From Sminthopsis crassicaudata (lineage: Eukaryota), in the NCBI RefSeq assembly GCF_048593235.1, contig NC_133619.1, forward strand, positions 175,474,454 to 175,538,453: a stretch of DNA of 64,000 nucleotides, read 5' to 3'. Below, piece by piece: positions 63,001-64,000 of the stretch. Position 1 is the first letter of the stretch, and each line of letters opens with the position of its first letter. The notes under the pieces are model-generated. The model did no database searches. It was not told where the DNA came from and saw only the letters and a list, made by a program, of their open reading frames with translations. The position numbers and the translations under genes are program-made.

Positions 63001-64000
63001 CTGAAGCTTTAATTTTTTAAGACAAGAAAATTCTTGACTTATATAATCAGTCAATTAACAAACATTTTTAAGTACCTGTTAGGTGCCAGGCTCTGTGCTA
63101 AGATAAGAGTCAGGGAACTTGGGATTCCAATTCTACCTCTATGTGCCTCCACCCCCATACCCTGAACTTTAGTTTCCTCATTTTTAAATAAAGGAGTCAT
63201 ACTAAATAATCTCTAAAGTCTCATCCAGATCTAAATTCTAGAAATTTATGAGTCTGCATTCCTGACTCTGAACAACAACAAAAAAGCAACCCTATTTCTA
63301 TGTGTTTTGAGATTATCCCTTTTTTCTAGAACGCTTCACTAAGAGAACCTTCTCCTGTTTCCCTTCTTAGAGGTGATGTTTTCTTTGGAATTTTGGTGAT
63401 GATTCTCAAAAGGGGATACTTTTTTTAAAGATATTCTAGGGGGACTAGACATAGGAAAGGAATGCATTTGGCTCTAAAGTCTTACTCTTTGATTTTTACA
63501 AGACCTAACTGCATTATCATTAACAACTGGGGGGTGCAGGTGGTAGAGGGCGGAGAGGGAAAGGGAAAGAACAAAGTCAGGGCAATACTGCATTTGGGAT
63601 ATAGCTGAGCTAAGGCAGAAGGAAAACAAGAAATGAGCTGACGGCGAATGCTAATCACAGGGGTAGGCGGTGGGGGGGGTACCGGCTTGCCTTCAAAGAA
63701 ACCTTAAATTGTGGCTGTAACATTGGGTTCTGAGTCAAAAAGAGATAGGTTTAGATACACACACATACTTCCCCCATCACCCAGAAAAAAGAAAAATATA
63801 GAGACACAAGACCATTTTAAGGAAAGAAAAGTCGGAAATGTCTGTTTTACTAGAAATGAAGAATGAACCTGATCAGAAAATAAGAAAGCAAAGCCAGGAG
63901 AAAGATTCTAGGTGCTAGTTCCTAGAGCTAGCATTAAGCAGACTAACCTACATACTACCTATAATCAGAGAAAATGAGAGACCATGGAGATGAGCTGGGA

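Larger units (their letters stand above)
28143..64000 (-). other. SH3RF3: 3' part of the large upstream SH3RF3 intron (the RING-encoding exon lies beyond the window)
   Basis: No RING-finger exon or CpG island was found between 28143 and 64000. Two N gaps could hide sequence. Confidence 0.75.

Noticed and set aside
1-64000. tRNA, snRNA, rRNA, Y RNA, NUMT, processed pseudogene or endogenous non-retroviral virus (borna/filo/parvo)
   Set aside because: No recognisable matches by eye. tRNA-like A/B boxes occur only as SINE heads. A tblastn/Infernal search would be needed to exclude highly degraded copies.

Overview
AT-rich, CpG-depleted, repeat-dense vertebrate DNA from an Australian marsupial. 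The Mar1/WSINE1/WALLSI-type SINEs and dasyurid-like L1 3' ends suggest a dasyurid such as the Tasmanian devil; this is an inference. The window lies inside one large minus-strand gene, SH3RF3 (POSH2, RING/SH3 E3 ligase). Two coding exons are visible with canonical splice sites: 28142-27867 (276 nt, SH3-1 plus the first half of SH3-2) and 3976-3881 (96 nt, the rest of SH3-2). The supplied ORF track misses both exons. The rest is intron: L1, L2 and CR1 fragments, MIR/Mar1/WSINE1/RTE-type SINEs, hAT MITEs, one intact solo LTR with a 6-bp TSD, microsatellites and two assembly gaps. I cannot demonstrate a new biological system. The most unusual things seen are locally templated inverted duplications in intron 2: a 236-bp inverted copy of flanking DNA embedded in an L1 insertion, a 53-bp inverted copy about 2.2 kb from its source, and a perfect 20-bp palindrome. 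The exon 2-3 pair is also stop-free and phase 0, flanked by inverted L1 ends, so it could form an endless-ORF circRNA. Repeat boundaries are approximate and family names come from recognition, not a database search. Exon numbers follow the recalled mammalian gene structure.
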